A program made the position numbers and the translations under genes. Below the pieces are notes generated by a model. That model saw only the letters and a program-made list of their open reading frames with translations, made no database searches and had not been told where the DNA came from. From Macrostomum hystrix (lineage: Eukaryota > Animalia > Platyhelminthes), in the NCBI GenBank assembly GCA_950097015.1, contig CATNEN010000038.1, forward strand, positions 21,576,001 through 21,640,000: a stretch of DNA of 64,000 nt, written 5' to 3'. Shown in pieces: positions 46,147 to 58,800 of this stretch. Within the stretch, counting starts at the first letter, position 1; the number at the start of each line of letters is the position of its first letter.

Positions 46147-48743
46147 CTGGAGAAGCACCAGGGCCCGCAACCCAGACCCACAATGTTCTCGGTCGAAGTG
46201 GGTTGGGCTACATTGATGCAAAACTTGAATCAGGGCCCTTGCTTGCTTGCTTGCTTGATAGTGGTTCTACCGTGTCTCTACTAAATACTCGTTTCTTAGA
46301 ATCTATGAAAGCCAAAAGTCACATTCAACAAAGCATTCTTGATTTTACCATTTCTACTGCTAATGGTAAGCCTATTTCTATTCACGGCCATGTAGTCCTA
46401 AAATTCTCCATTGGTGATGTCAAATTTGAACATGAATTTCTAGTTGTTTGCGACATTTTGCAGCCCTGCATTCTGGAAACAGATTTTTTCATTAAAAATA
46501 GCATGGTCATCGACTTCTCAAAGCATTGTCTGCAGACAGAGACATGTGTCTTTCCTTTTCGCTAGTCTGCTGACTGACCACTTCTGTGCCGCATTGTGTT
46601 GTGTCAGACTGTTCGAATGGATGCCGGTGAGGTGAAGCTGATCCCAGCCCGCCTTCAGCGGAGGGGAGCGAGAGGATTTCAGTTTCCTAGCTGGAATGGT
46701 TGAATCAGAGCGGCGCAGTGACAGTGACTACTTGCTGGCCAGGTCTGTTCAGCTGCCCAGTGAAGAGGGTCAGCTGTCCTTCAGAATCCTCAATACATCC
46801 GAGTCCAGCTTGTCCATGAAGAAGGGGACGCGAGTCGGCTGGTTCTCTCCGATCTCTGGACAGCAACCAGCTGAGCGGCAGGTGAATTCCATGCAGCCAG
46901 AGGCCGCACCGTGGAACCCCCTAAGTGAAGTCAGGGAGTGGGGAACCTGCGGCTTGTCAGATGCCGAATCCAAGGAGTTGTCCACTCTAATCGCGATGAA
47001 TCGGGATGTCTTCGCAAAGGACAGCTCGGAACTCGGGCAAACGGATCTGATGACGCACGAAATCGACACGGGCAACGCTAAGCCTGTGAGCGAGCCCTTG
47101 CGCAGGATTCCGCCGCACTGGAGAGAGGAAGTCAATAAGCAGGTCGACCAGCTTCTGGCTGAAGGTCGTATCTATCCCTGCCAGTCGCCGTGGTCTAGCC
47201 TGATTAAGTGCCAGTTCGAAAGTCGGATGGCACCCTTCGAATATGCTTGGACTATCGGCGTTTGAACAGCGTAACAGTTCCGGATCCACTGCCTCCGCCA
47301 AGGATGGATGAGACTCTAGATGCTCTTGGTGGGAACTGCATATTCTCTACCATGGACCTCGCCTCGGGTTATCATCAATGTCCACTAGAGCCGAAGGATC
47401 AGCTGAAGACTGCCTTCGTGGTGCCGAATAGAGGGCAATTTGCTTGGAAGTGCATGAGCTTCGGGCTCAAGAATGCCCCAGCAACCTTCACGAGGCTAAT
47501 GTCTATGGCACTTTCCGAAGTGAACTGGAAGGAGTGCCTAGTCTACTTCGACGATATCGTTGTTTTCTCCACGACTGTTGAGCAACACTTTGAGCGACTC
47601 GCTCACGTCTTCCGATCTGCGAATAACAGGCTAAAACCAGCGAAGTGCGTCTTCCTGGCAGACAAGATTAAGTTTTTAGGCCACGTGATTTCAAAAGACG
47701 GAATTGCAACGAATCCTGAAAAGTGTGCCGAAATCCAGAATTGGCAAAAGCCATGCAGCGGAGCGAAGGTCCAATCGTTCTTAGGATTGTGTGCCTACTA
47801 CGAAGCGTTCATTCCTAATTTTTCCGAGTTGGCCGCTCCTCTTTATAAACTGGTTTCCAAGGACGCCGAATTTAAGTGGGGCCCAGCCCAGGAGCTGTCG
47901 TTCAACAACTTGAAGGCAGCCCTTTGCTCACCAAATGTGATGGCGTTCCCCGAGTTCTCTTCAGACGCTGGTGATTTTATTCTTGATACGGACGCAAGCT
48001 CCCGAATCGGGATTGGGGCAGTGCTGTCTCAATGTCAGGCCGATGGAACCGAAAAAGTAATCGCCTACGGTTCTCGCATGATCCAGCCTAGTGAGAAAAA
48101 CTATTACACAACCCGACTAGAGTTACTGGCCATCGTGTAATTCATTAAACAGTACCGCTACTACCTGTTAGGACGGCAGTTTAGAGTCAGATCAGACCAC
48201 AAGGCGCTGCAGCGGCTCACGAATCTCCGTGATGTCGAGGGCCAAAGCGCTCGCTGGCTGCAGACGCTTCAGAACTACGATTTTACCATAGAACATCGAG
48301 CAGGAAAGAACCATAATATTGCTGACTCATTATCGCGCAAATATCGCAAACATAGTGGGCACGAAAGCTGTCCAAGCTGTTACCGCTGAACACAGTGGTG
48401 TCAACGCGGTGTTTCAAGGTGTGCTCGGACTCGATGATATTCAGCAGGCCCAGGAGGCCGAGCCAAAACTGGCCCTCGTCCACAGCTTTGCCAGCAACAT
48501 GAGCGGTGTGCCAACTGCCCCCCCTGTGATGACTTGGGAAGAGAGATGTCTATGGTCGCAACGTCAGCTGATCAAGCGGGAGGCCCGAGTTCTTGTCTTC
48601 CAGGACCCAGGATCCGACGTAAAAAAATTGTCCTACCGCCGAGTCTGTTCAGGAGAGTCTTCAACGACTTACACGATGGGGTTGCTGGTGGTCATCTGGG
48701 AGTGAAAAAGACCCAGGAAAAGATCAAAGCTAGGTTTTGGTGG
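46098..48743 (+). pseudogene. pol: gypsy pol (protease, RT, RNase H, integrase N-terminus), disrupted
   Basis: LLDSGS, YFDD, DTDAS, H..GHLG; split over several ORFs. Confidence 0.9.
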
Positions 48744-49141
48744 CCTCCCTCGCTCTCCCTCACTCTTCCTCACTCTTCCTCACTCTCCCTCCCTCTCCCT
48801 CCCTCTCCCCCACTCTCCCTCACTATCGCTCTCTCTCACCCAATGTGAGTGTAGATCAAATTTTATTTCTTTTCGCCGTAAATAATATAGATCTCACCGA
48901 TTAAAAAGTGCCAATCTCTGGCAGTACCAGGTCCAATATTTTAGCAGCCTGAAGCCAATTATTAAGTAAAAATTTAGTAAGTATAGTCATCTCTTAAGTA
49001 AGTAGTGCCATAGCGTTTTTCTAATTTCTGGCTAAACATGGTTCTGATAACTTCTGATCGGGCTCAGAAAAGGACTACGAAAGAAAATGATCATTAAGTA
49101 AAGATTGCTGTTTAAAAGCTACTTCTTGGATATTTCTTGGA

Positions 49142-49540
49142 TTGCCTCATTCTGGTGTTCCGTTGCTATTAGGCCCGGTAACTTCGGTGCTGACTGATCG
49201 ATACGGATGTCGATCTGTCACAATAGCCGGAGGCCTCATCTCCGGCTTGGGCTTTGTTTTAACCTTCTTTTTGCCGCGGACCACTTTGCTGTTTATATTC
49301 TCGGCCGGATTATTGACTGGCTTAGGACTCGGCTTAGCCTTCATGCCAGCTGTTGTGGCCGTGTCCTATTATTTCTTAGAAAGACGCGCTTTAGCCACAG
49401 GCCTAGCAATGTCCGGGTCTGGCGTTGGCACCGTTGTATTCGCCTACGTCACCCGAGCTTGCATTGAAGAGTACACGTGGCAGGGCGGCTTCTTAATAAT
49501 TGGCGGCATGCTGTTGAATCTATGCGTCTGCGGTGCTGTA
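49142..49540 (+). CDS. Isolated SLC16/MCT exon (TM2-TM6)
   Basis: LTDRYGCR, YFLERRALATGLAMSGSGVG, YTWQGGFLIIGG..LN.CVCGA; no partner exons found in the window. Confidence 0.75.
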
Positions 49541-49670
49541 GGCGAATAAATTTATTAGCTCTAAAATTCAGTATTCAGTATTAGCTTCTGAAATGACAGT
49601 CAGTAGAGTTCTGTAGATTGTCGAGCAGGTGATGGAAGAGGTGACTTGTATGAGGTGGGTTTTATCGTCC

Positions 49671-51657
49671 ATTCCGTTTTAAATTTCTGCATTTCATGAG
49701 GAGTGGCACATTGAACTCATGCTTCTGGTTAGAGTGTATTTTAATATATTTATTTAGCAATACTTGAGAACAGTAATTAGAACAGTTTATGACGCATTTT
49801 CGCATGCTTGAATGGCAGTCAGTCTGGGTGCAAAAAGCTGAGAAAATTCAAACAGAATCGTCTAAGGAAACTGGGCTTCTACGAGCTATGATATGATAAG
49901 AACATTTTTGGGACTGTCTGCCCAGCTACTGTAATAAATTGGCTGAGGTGACAACCAGATAGACATATTTGAGTCTTGAACATATTCTGCATGGATAATT
50001 GATCAGCCACTAGTGAGAGCAAAAACTAATGAACGAACAGTTTCTTTTATTATTTATTGATTATGATAAATTAATTCACAGAATATGAAATTCAAATTCA
50101 TCTACTCGAGCTTAATAATCAGAATTGCGAAGCTATGCAAGAATTTCGAGCTCTAAAATCACTCAAAAATGTGCAGTTTGATGAATCTCTGGCTGATCAC
50201 GAAAGAAATTGGCTTACAGCAACAATCTCAATGTAGTCAGTGCAGCAGTCGCTGTCTGTGTCCTGCCCCTCCACAGCAGCACCAGCAGCAGCAGTCGCTG
50301 GTATGCTAAAAATCAAGTAGCAGCACTCGGACTCGAAGCCGTTAGTTTTCTGAAATCAGAGCAGCCTTGAGCACTCATTCAGTTTCGGAAATGAAACGGA
50401 AACACTACTGACAAGTAGCATTATTGCCAAGTAGCCATTGTAGCTAAGTAGCCATTGTAGCCAAGTAGCCATTGTAGCCAAGTAGCCATTGTAGCCAAGT
50501 AGCCATTGTAGCCAAGTAGCCATTGTAGCCAAGTAGCCATTGTAGCCAAGTAGCCATTGTAGCCAAGTAGCCATTGTAGCCAAGTAGCCATTGTAGCCAA
50601 GTAGCCATTGTAGCCAAGTAGCCATTGTAGCCAAGTAGCCATTGTAGCCAAGTAGCCATTGTAGCCAAGTAGCCATTGTGGCCAAGTAGCCACTGTAGCC
50701 AAGTAGCCATTGTAGCCAAGTAGCCACAAGTAGCCATTGTAGCCAAGTAGCCATTGTGGCCAAGTAGCCACTGTAACCAAGTAGCTACTGTAGCCAAGTA
50801 GCCATTGTAGCCAAGTAGCCATTGTAACCAAGTAGCCATTGTAGCGAAGTAGCCATTGTAGCTAAGAGCCACTGTAGCCAAGTAGCCAAGTAGCCATTGT
50901 AGCCAAGTAGCCATTGTAGCCAAGTAGCCATTGTAGCCAAGTAGCCATTGTAGCCAAGTAGCCATTGTAGCCAAGTAGCCATTGTAGCCAAGTAGCCATT
51001 GTAGCCAAGTAGCCATTGTAGCCAAGTAGCCATTGTAGCCAAGTAGCCATTGTAGCCAAGTAGCCATTGTAGCCAAGTAGCCATTGTAGCCAAGTAGCCA
51101 TTGTAGCCAAGTAGCCATTGTAGCCAAGTAGCCATTGTAGCCAAGTAGCCATTGTAGCCAAGTAGCCATTGTAGCCAAGTAGCCATTGTAGCCAAGTAGC
51201 CATTGTAGCCAAGTAGCCATTGTAGCCAAGTAGCCATTGTAGCCAAGTAGCCACTGTAGCCAAGTAGCCATTGTAGCCAAGTAGCCACAAGTAGCCATTG
51301 TAGCCAAGTAGCCATTGTGGCCAAGTAGCCACTGTAACCAAGTAGCTACTGTAGCCAAGTAGCCATTGTAGCCAAGTAGCCATTGTAACCAAGTAGCCAT
51401 TGTAGCGAAGTAGCCATTGTAGCTAAGAGCCACTGTAGCCAAGTAGCCAAGTAGCCATTGTAGCCAAGTAGCCATTGTAGCCAAGTAGCCATTGTAGCCA
51501 AGTAGCCATTGTAGCCAAGTGGCCATCGAGATTAATGGATTAAGCAACGTGGCATTTCTCGGACAGGACTGTCCCTGTTTGCTCGCTGAAGTCTAAGTGA
51601 CTCGTTGACTCACCTAATTAGCAGGATGAGACACCTCAGGTGACACTTTAGATTCCT
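49671..51657 (+). repeat. Segmental duplication copy 2, with expanded 17-bp satellite (50426-51525)
   Basis: Matches 18119-19780. Confidence 0.9.
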
Positions 51658-52329
51658 TTAGATGCAGTACTTCCAATGCAGTACGTCTCTGGTCGCGACT
51701 AGAAGGCGCTTGGTCGTATGATGGGAATCACAAAGCAGTCAGTTCGAGACATCGTGACTTACGTACGAAGAGACCGGGAGAACGCACACCCTGCCAAAAG
51801 GAGATAAAAGGAGGATACAAAAGATCACGCAAGCTTTGGTGAACAGTTTGATCGATTTCTCAGCGACTACACATTTTTTCGTTCAATTTTAAGCAAACGC
51901 TCATTCAATTTCAGCAAGCTTGCAATCAAACTCATCAATTTATTTTTGACCAGTCAGACCAGCATCAAAATTCTGCAACCTTGCATTCGATTTCAACAAA
52001 AGAAATTCATTTTAGAAAAGTGCAATTATCAACAAGGGCTCATCCCGGGAGGCTCGCCTGCTGCGGCGGCTTTTACAGACCGTGGCGCTGCTTTGCCTGC
52101 GGCAGAATGTGCATGGTTTGTCACTGCCTACCACGTGCCGGGCCGTTACCAGCAGTTTGCGGATGCCGCGTCCAGGCTGCATTGCCGCCAGGAGTTACTT
52201 GCTGTTATCTTCTTCTAGTGGACCTTGAGTGTTACAACACTGCGGAGCACAAAAGTTGAGTTTATATTTTTCTCTTTGTTCGCTCATGATAAGGAAGATT
52301 ATAAAAATAATGAATAATGCATGAGTTGT

Positions 52330-53238
52330 GTTTTTTAAAATACGGCTTTTTTATTCGTTTATTTGCTTGGATCAGCAAATTTGTTTTATTTTAAAAAATA
52401 TTTAGAATATTAACGATTCATGTTTGTATGTTGTGCGCATGGTCGTCGATATTTATTAATTTTATTGGCAGAGCTTATTCCCACGGTCCCGTGCCAATAA
52501 TTTCAATTTTATCCACACGGATCCGTGCCGATAATTTTCTGCTTATCCACACGGCAGCTTGTATGAATAGGTCTACAACTCTTTATATAAATATGCCGTG
52601 CCGTTAATTTCAATTTTATCCACACGGTTCTGTTCTTTGAAACGAGGCCCTTTCGGGTTTGAACGTTTTATTGAACCCTCGAGCCAATAGATCGACAAAG
52701 GGGCCAGTGTGTTACGACAGTGTTCTACATTTCGACCTACACATTTATTATAAACTTATATTCATTATATATTGACTTAAAAAAGTAAGAAGTCTATCAA
52801 AGAAAATCATACAAGTCAACCAGCAGAATTCTAGGCCTAGTCAGCACCAAACTCATCACATATATTATACATCATTGCTATTCTTTTACAACTTTGCATT
52901 GATAGTGTACACTATTATACACTATACTCTGAAGCAAAAGCCTTATGCTCAGAGAATAATAGGCAGGGACTTGAAAGTAGACCTATTCATACAAGCTTCC
53001 ATGTGGATAAGCAGAAAATTATCGGCACAGATCCGTGTGGATAAAATTGAAATTATTGGCATGGGACCGTGGGAATAAGCACTTCCAATTTTATTAGCAA
53101 TTCTGATATTTTCGGACCGATAGATAACTATTTCATCTGTTAAAAGTCTTCTTGTTAGTTGCTAGTCAATTTATTGTTGGCTATAACAATTTTTCGGTTA
53201 ACTGGTTCTGGTACTGGAGGTGGAAGTATATAAACGTG
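52330..53238 (+). mobile_element. Right TIR remnant of the Foldback-MULE family
   Basis: Similar to 12410-12659 once the nested MITE is removed; ends ggaagtatataaacgtg. Confidence 0.7.
52467..53086. mobile_element. MULE-type MITE with ~90-bp TIRs and 9-bp TSD
   Basis: GG...CC ends; AATTTTATT at 52458-52466 and 53087-53095. Confidence 0.88.
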
Positions 53239-54437
53239 TACAATGGTCTTATTGCTGCTATGGATTTTGTTGTCATTTTCTTGCTATTTAGCTAACATTA
53301 TGTAGCTAGGGCCTAGTCTCATGTTGACATTTTGCTGCATTTTATGCTAAACTTTTTTTAGGTTAAGGGCTAAGGCTGAATTTTGCATCCAAATTGTCAG
53401 AGCAGCAATGTTCTACTTCCATTCGTTCGTTATATTATTTTTTGTTTGCAAACTACAGATAATGCCAAAAAGCAAGTTTAATGGTAACAAAAAGTCAGTA
53501 GTTTGGTCAGACAGTTCTGAAAAGTCTTGGTCAGTCTTTCCTCTTTCAAACTGGGTAATAGTGCCTAATCCAGTAGAGGAGGGCACCAAAGCTAGGGCCT
53601 ATTCACGGAAGCCGATGTGGATTGGCTGGGTCCACAAAATTTCCACAGTCAGGTTCAGCAGCTCCGCAGCATTCAGTATTCAATTTGGCTCATGCTTTTA
53701 ATGCTCACATGCTTTAAGTCAACTTGCTGCTATTGCCTGCTAAGCATATTTTGTTAGCCCCCTATTGGCTAGGCCCTATGTATAGGGCCTAGCTACACGA
53801 AAGTTAATTGATCTGATAATTTTTTCTCTGGTTAGGCTAGCAACAAAAAAACGAGAAAAATAGTATGCCATATAAACGACAACAATACTTTAGGCCTATG
53901 CCTTTTTGTTAGGCCCCATGATTAACACTGCAATTTATCAACACTAGGGCCTACCTATAGATTGCATGCTCCATCTGGTTGTCGAAACCAAATACTGCTT
54001 GGCATTGAGCTCAACAGTAGAGAATATTTTGTGAAATATTCAAGATTTTTCAGCAGCAATTTTTTACTAATATGTCTAGAGGTTAGACAGATGTGAATTT
54101 TTTGTCGTGCATGAAATTTGGTGACTTTTTAAGGCCGGGCGTGATTGTGATTGTGATTGTGTTCACAAATTTATTATTCATCAACAAGGCAGCAGCATTG
54201 CAGGGCACTTCATTGCAACAGCACAAGCTAACTTAACTGCTCTGCAAAAGCAGCTTGACCTTCTTGTCCACTGCCTGGAGCAGGATGTAGACACTGTAGA
54301 ATTCCACATTTGCCATGCTCAAGAAGATCAATTAGCAGTAGAGCTAGCCCTAAGCGTCTACAGGACCCAGCATTGTCCTATTGATGTGCTCTGTGACAAT
54401 AATTAGGCCCTACCTGGTGTCATGGAAGGCTGTTAAG

Positions 54438-54670
54438 CAGTTGACGGTCGTTTCGTCTGTTTCTATTTCGTAGAAATTTAAATAACATCAAAACGTTTAA
54501 ATATAATTACAAAAATATACTTAAAACTTGCATATACTGATTTATTTTGATACCTTAAATTAAATATAAAGAAAGGAAGTTTATTTCTGAACACTATGGA
54601 AAATGGTCATTTTGTCTGCAAAAATACTACGGCAGACAAAATGGCGGCAGATGAAACGACCGGGCACCTG
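54438..54670. mobile_element. Small MITE-like element
   Basis: CAG..GGTCGTTTC / GAAACGACC..CTG imperfect TIRs flanked by TTAAG on both sides. Confidence 0.55.
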
Positions 54671-55815
54671 TTAAGCTGCTAGAAGTTTTTGAGCTTTTCA
54701 TTCGAGAGTTAAGCAAAGAAAATGCCAGTCTTGCTTGTGTGCTGCTATTTGTCAAGATCTCACTGGATGATCAAATGCAACAGGTAGACACCTTCGGCAT
54801 TAGTTATCTTTGAGAGTTTTTAACCGAGGCATTTTAAGTTTGTTTTGCAGATTAGAAAAAGAGCGCAAAGCATTGTGTAGCCAATGTGATAGATCCACAA
54901 TTCAAGTTTGCCTTTGTTTCTTAATACTTTTTTAAATATCAGAATTACATAGAGGAAGTTAGCCATCAAATTATTTCACAAAGAAAGAAAGCAAACTTCA
55001 TGAATCTTAAGTCAGTTCTTAGAAATCAGGTCCATGAAAAAAGTACATGAATTCACAAAATCATGACAATGTTTGTGATTATGTCCGACCTCTACTAATA
55101 TAATACTAAAATAAGTGTAGGGGCCTAATTTTCTCAAATATAGGCCTAGTTAGCTAGTGTTATTAAATTTTGGACCTTTGATAAAAATATTGTTTTAGCC
55201 ATTTAAGTATTAAAATAGTAAAAATTACACTTATACTATCATTTAGTCATATGACGGCAAACTATTGGTTAATATAAATAGACCCTTTTTACCTAAATCG
55301 AGTTATAACCTGTTGATTTCAGACAAAATTGTCTATAAACAAGTACTTTAGTGATATTGCTATCTCACAAGGTTTTAGGGCTTTGTATCATCAGGTTTTT
55401 AGAACATAGAAATTTGGTTTGTAATCCTTAGCTTACAAATCTAGAAATTCTAACTTTAAGCTTGGCCTGTTTTATAATAAAATGTTTTTTATAGTTAATA
55501 TTTGTATACAGTATAGCTATGTGGCTAAGTAATTCTGAAAGCAAAACATTTTTTTACTTTTTTACTTTTTACTTATATCATTTTTTATCCCTTATGCCTT
55601 GACTATTTTTACAAATTTCAGTGACAAATATGATACTGACAGCTAAGTAAAAAACTAGTTCATAGAAAATGAATTCTAGCTTTCCGCTCTGTTCTACCCC
55701 TGTCTGGGTAAGTTTAGTAAACTTTTATTTATAGTTTTTGTTAAAATATACACTAGACTAGTGTAGCATTTGTTTACTGTTTGCTCAATTGCTCAAATAC
55801 AATATTGACATGCAG

Positions 55816-58800
55816 GATGTGTCCTTGTCTTGGGACACATATCGACCAGACCTGACAGCCTGCTTCTATTATGTGGTGATGCCATCGGGTCTCATTGGCT
55901 ACTGTCTACTAATGTTTCTGCCAACTGTAGCCTTTCTTGCCACTGTGCTCATCCGTGGCCGAGTTAATCCAAGGGCTTCAGTTCGCCAGGTCAACTGGGT
56001 CATGCTGACTCGACTGGTGAGTTGTGGACCAGATGGGTGTTGGGTTCTGACAGCTAACATAGTTATGGGTACAATCATTGAGGGTGGTTGTCGTATCCCC
56101 CAGTCCATGGACTGAACAGCTGTTTGCATCCTTCAGATGCTCTGTGCTATGGCTGCGGCTGTGCTGTCGGCTGCACATCTGACCCAATTGGGGCAGGTGT
56201 AATGAACAAAAATTACTATTATTACTATAGTTATATATTACGGTCCTGTGTGTTACTATTAATAATGCAGTGCAGCGGTGTCATCATTTGTATATATGTC
56301 CCTTTCTACCCGTCTCCCTCCCTCCCTGGGTCTCCTTTCTGTCTCTTTGTCTATTTAATGCCTCGTTATTTATTTCTTGACTCTTCCTGTTTCCTGTTTC
56401 TCTCCCTCTCTGTCTCTCTCCATCTGTCTCCGTCCCTCTGTCTCTGTCCCTATGTCTCTGTCCCTCTATCTCCTTCCCTCTGTCTCTGTCCATCTGTCTC
56501 TGTCCATCTGTCTCTGTCCATCTGTCTCTGTCCCTCTGTCTCTGTCCCTCTGTCTCTGTCCCTCTGTCTCTGTCCCTCTGTCTCTGTCCCTCTGTCTCTG
56601 TCCCTCTGTCTCTGTCCCTCTGTCTCTCTTTATCTGTCTGTCCCCCTGTCTCTGTCCCCCTGTCTCTCTTTATCTGTCTCACCCGATCTGTCACTCTTCA
56701 TCTGTCTCTCTCCCCCTGTCTCTGTCCCTCTGCCTTTTTCCCTGTCTCTGTCCCTCTATCTCCTTCCCTCTGTCTCTGTCCCTCTGTCTCTGTCCATCTG
56801 TCTCTGTCCATCTGTCTCTGTCCATCTGTCTCTGTCCCTCTGTCTCTGTCCCTCTGTCTCTGTCCCTCTGTCTCTGTCCCTCTGTCTCTGTCCCTCTGTC
56901 TCTCTTTATCTGTCTGTCCCCCTGTCTCTGTCCCCCTGTCTCTCTTTATCTGTCTCACCCGATCTGTCACTCTTCATCTGTCTCTCTCCCCCTGTCTCTG
57001 TCCCTCTGCCTTTTTCCCTGTCTCTGTCCCCCTGTCTCTCTTTATCTGTCTCACCCGATCTGTCACTCTTCATCTGTCTCTCTCCCCCTGTCTCTGTCCC
57101 TCTGCCTTTTTCCCTGTCTCTGTCCCCCTGTCTCTCTTTATCTGTCTCACCCGATCTGTCACTCTTCATCTGTCTCTCTCCCCCTGTCTCTGTCCCTCTG
57201 CCTTTTTCCCTGTCTCTGTCCCCCTGTCTCTCTTTATCTGTCTCACCCGATCTGTCACTCTTCATCTGTCTCTCTCCCCCTGTCTCTGTCCCTCTGCCTT
57301 TTTCCCTGTCTCTTTCCATATTTTCCTATCCGTCAACTCTTCCTCGTTCTCTTCCACAGTATCTCTCATTTTTAGTGCCCGTCACATATTTGACATGTCG
57401 GAGTTTTTCAAAGTTGGGAGCATTTTATGCAGCAGATTAAAAAAACATGTTTCTTTAATTTTTATGTGCAGCTACTGTCGCTGATGTTCAGCCTGATAAC
57501 ACTGATCGAATTTGTCAGCTCAATCATGCTAACGGAGAAGCATTTGGAATTGCGCCTGCACTCCGCCTTCTTGTTCGTTGCTATGGTAATTAAAAAATCC
57601 ATTTTACAATTTATTCACTATATATGTTTTAGTTTTTCTAAAGATTTTTTTTGTTACACTTTTTTAGCGTCCAATGTAGCAATTTTTATCTTGCTACATT
57701 TTTTGGCACTTTTTTAATCAGCTTTATTTTGATTAGCCAAATAGTTTTGTTCGCAGTTTTTTTATATATATAGAGGCGTGTATACTAGACTTCTAGCTAC
57801 TGAAGTTTTATACGCGTGTGCGCTGTCCCAGTTCATTATGTAATTCACAATTTAAGTGTAGCTTTTAATCGTTTATTATCGCTGTCTTGTGTGTTTTTAA
57901 CAAACAATTGCTATTTTTTTCCACTGCAGTGGCGTTAGCGTAGAGACTGCCAAATTGAATCTTATACGAGCGTATGCTCCTCCGTGCAGGTCTTAGGCCA
58001 GGACCAACGCATTTTGTCAAGGGAAACACGGAAATTCTTCTCAGCCCTTCAGGACCAGTTCTTCTCAGCCTCAGCCCTTCAGGACCAGTTCTTCTCAGCC
58101 TCAGCCCTTCAGGACCAGTTCTTCTCAGCCCTTCAGGACCAGTTCTTCTCAGCCTCAGCCCTTCAGGACCAGTTCTTCTCAGCCCTTCAGGACCAGTTCT
58201 TCTCAGCCTCAGCCCTTCAGGACCAGTTCTTCTCAGCCTCAGCCCTTCAGGACCAGTTCTTCTCAGCCCTTCAGGACCAGTTCTTCTCAGCCCTTCAGGA
58301 CCAGTTCTTCTCAGCCCTTCAGGACCATTCCTTTTGACCTTCAGGACCATTCCTTGTGATCCTTAGGACCATTCCTTATGATCTTCAGGATCATTCCTTG
58401 TGACCTTCAGGACCATTCCTTGTGATCCTTAGGACCATTCCTTATGATCTTCAGGATCATTCCTTGTGACCTTCAGGACCATTCCTTGTGATCCTTAGGA
58501 CCATTCCTTATGATCTTCAGGACCATTCCTTGTGACCTTCAGGACCATTCCTTGTGATCTTTAGAGCCAATTCTTGCGTGATCTTATTGTAGTTATTTTT
58601 CTGATTTTCAATATCTTTCCTTCCTAGTGCTTCTACTTGTTCTACTTGTTCAACCTAGTTGTTGCTGATCTAAGCAAGAAATAATATTAGTCTACTTACG
58701 ATAATACAACATATATAATTAATCCAGCAAACTATATATAATTTCTAAGAGTTGTTTAAAAATGGCACGTAATTTCTGCAGGCATCCGTTTGTGGCGTTC

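Larger units (their letters stand above)
44636..48743 (+). mobile_element. Ty3/gypsy LTR retrotransposon, 3'-truncated within the integrase
   Basis: TG...CA LTR ~44636-45104, PBS, gag, then PR-RT-RH-IN order; stops and frameshifts in pol. Confidence 0.92.

Noticed and set aside
14900-53238. One giant MULE spanning the left end at 14900 to the right end at 53238
   Set aside because: The ends are diverged and the flanks show no TSD
56088-58366. Long Leu/Ser/Cys and RRTGPEG ORFs
   Set aside because: Translations of intronic micro- and minisatellites
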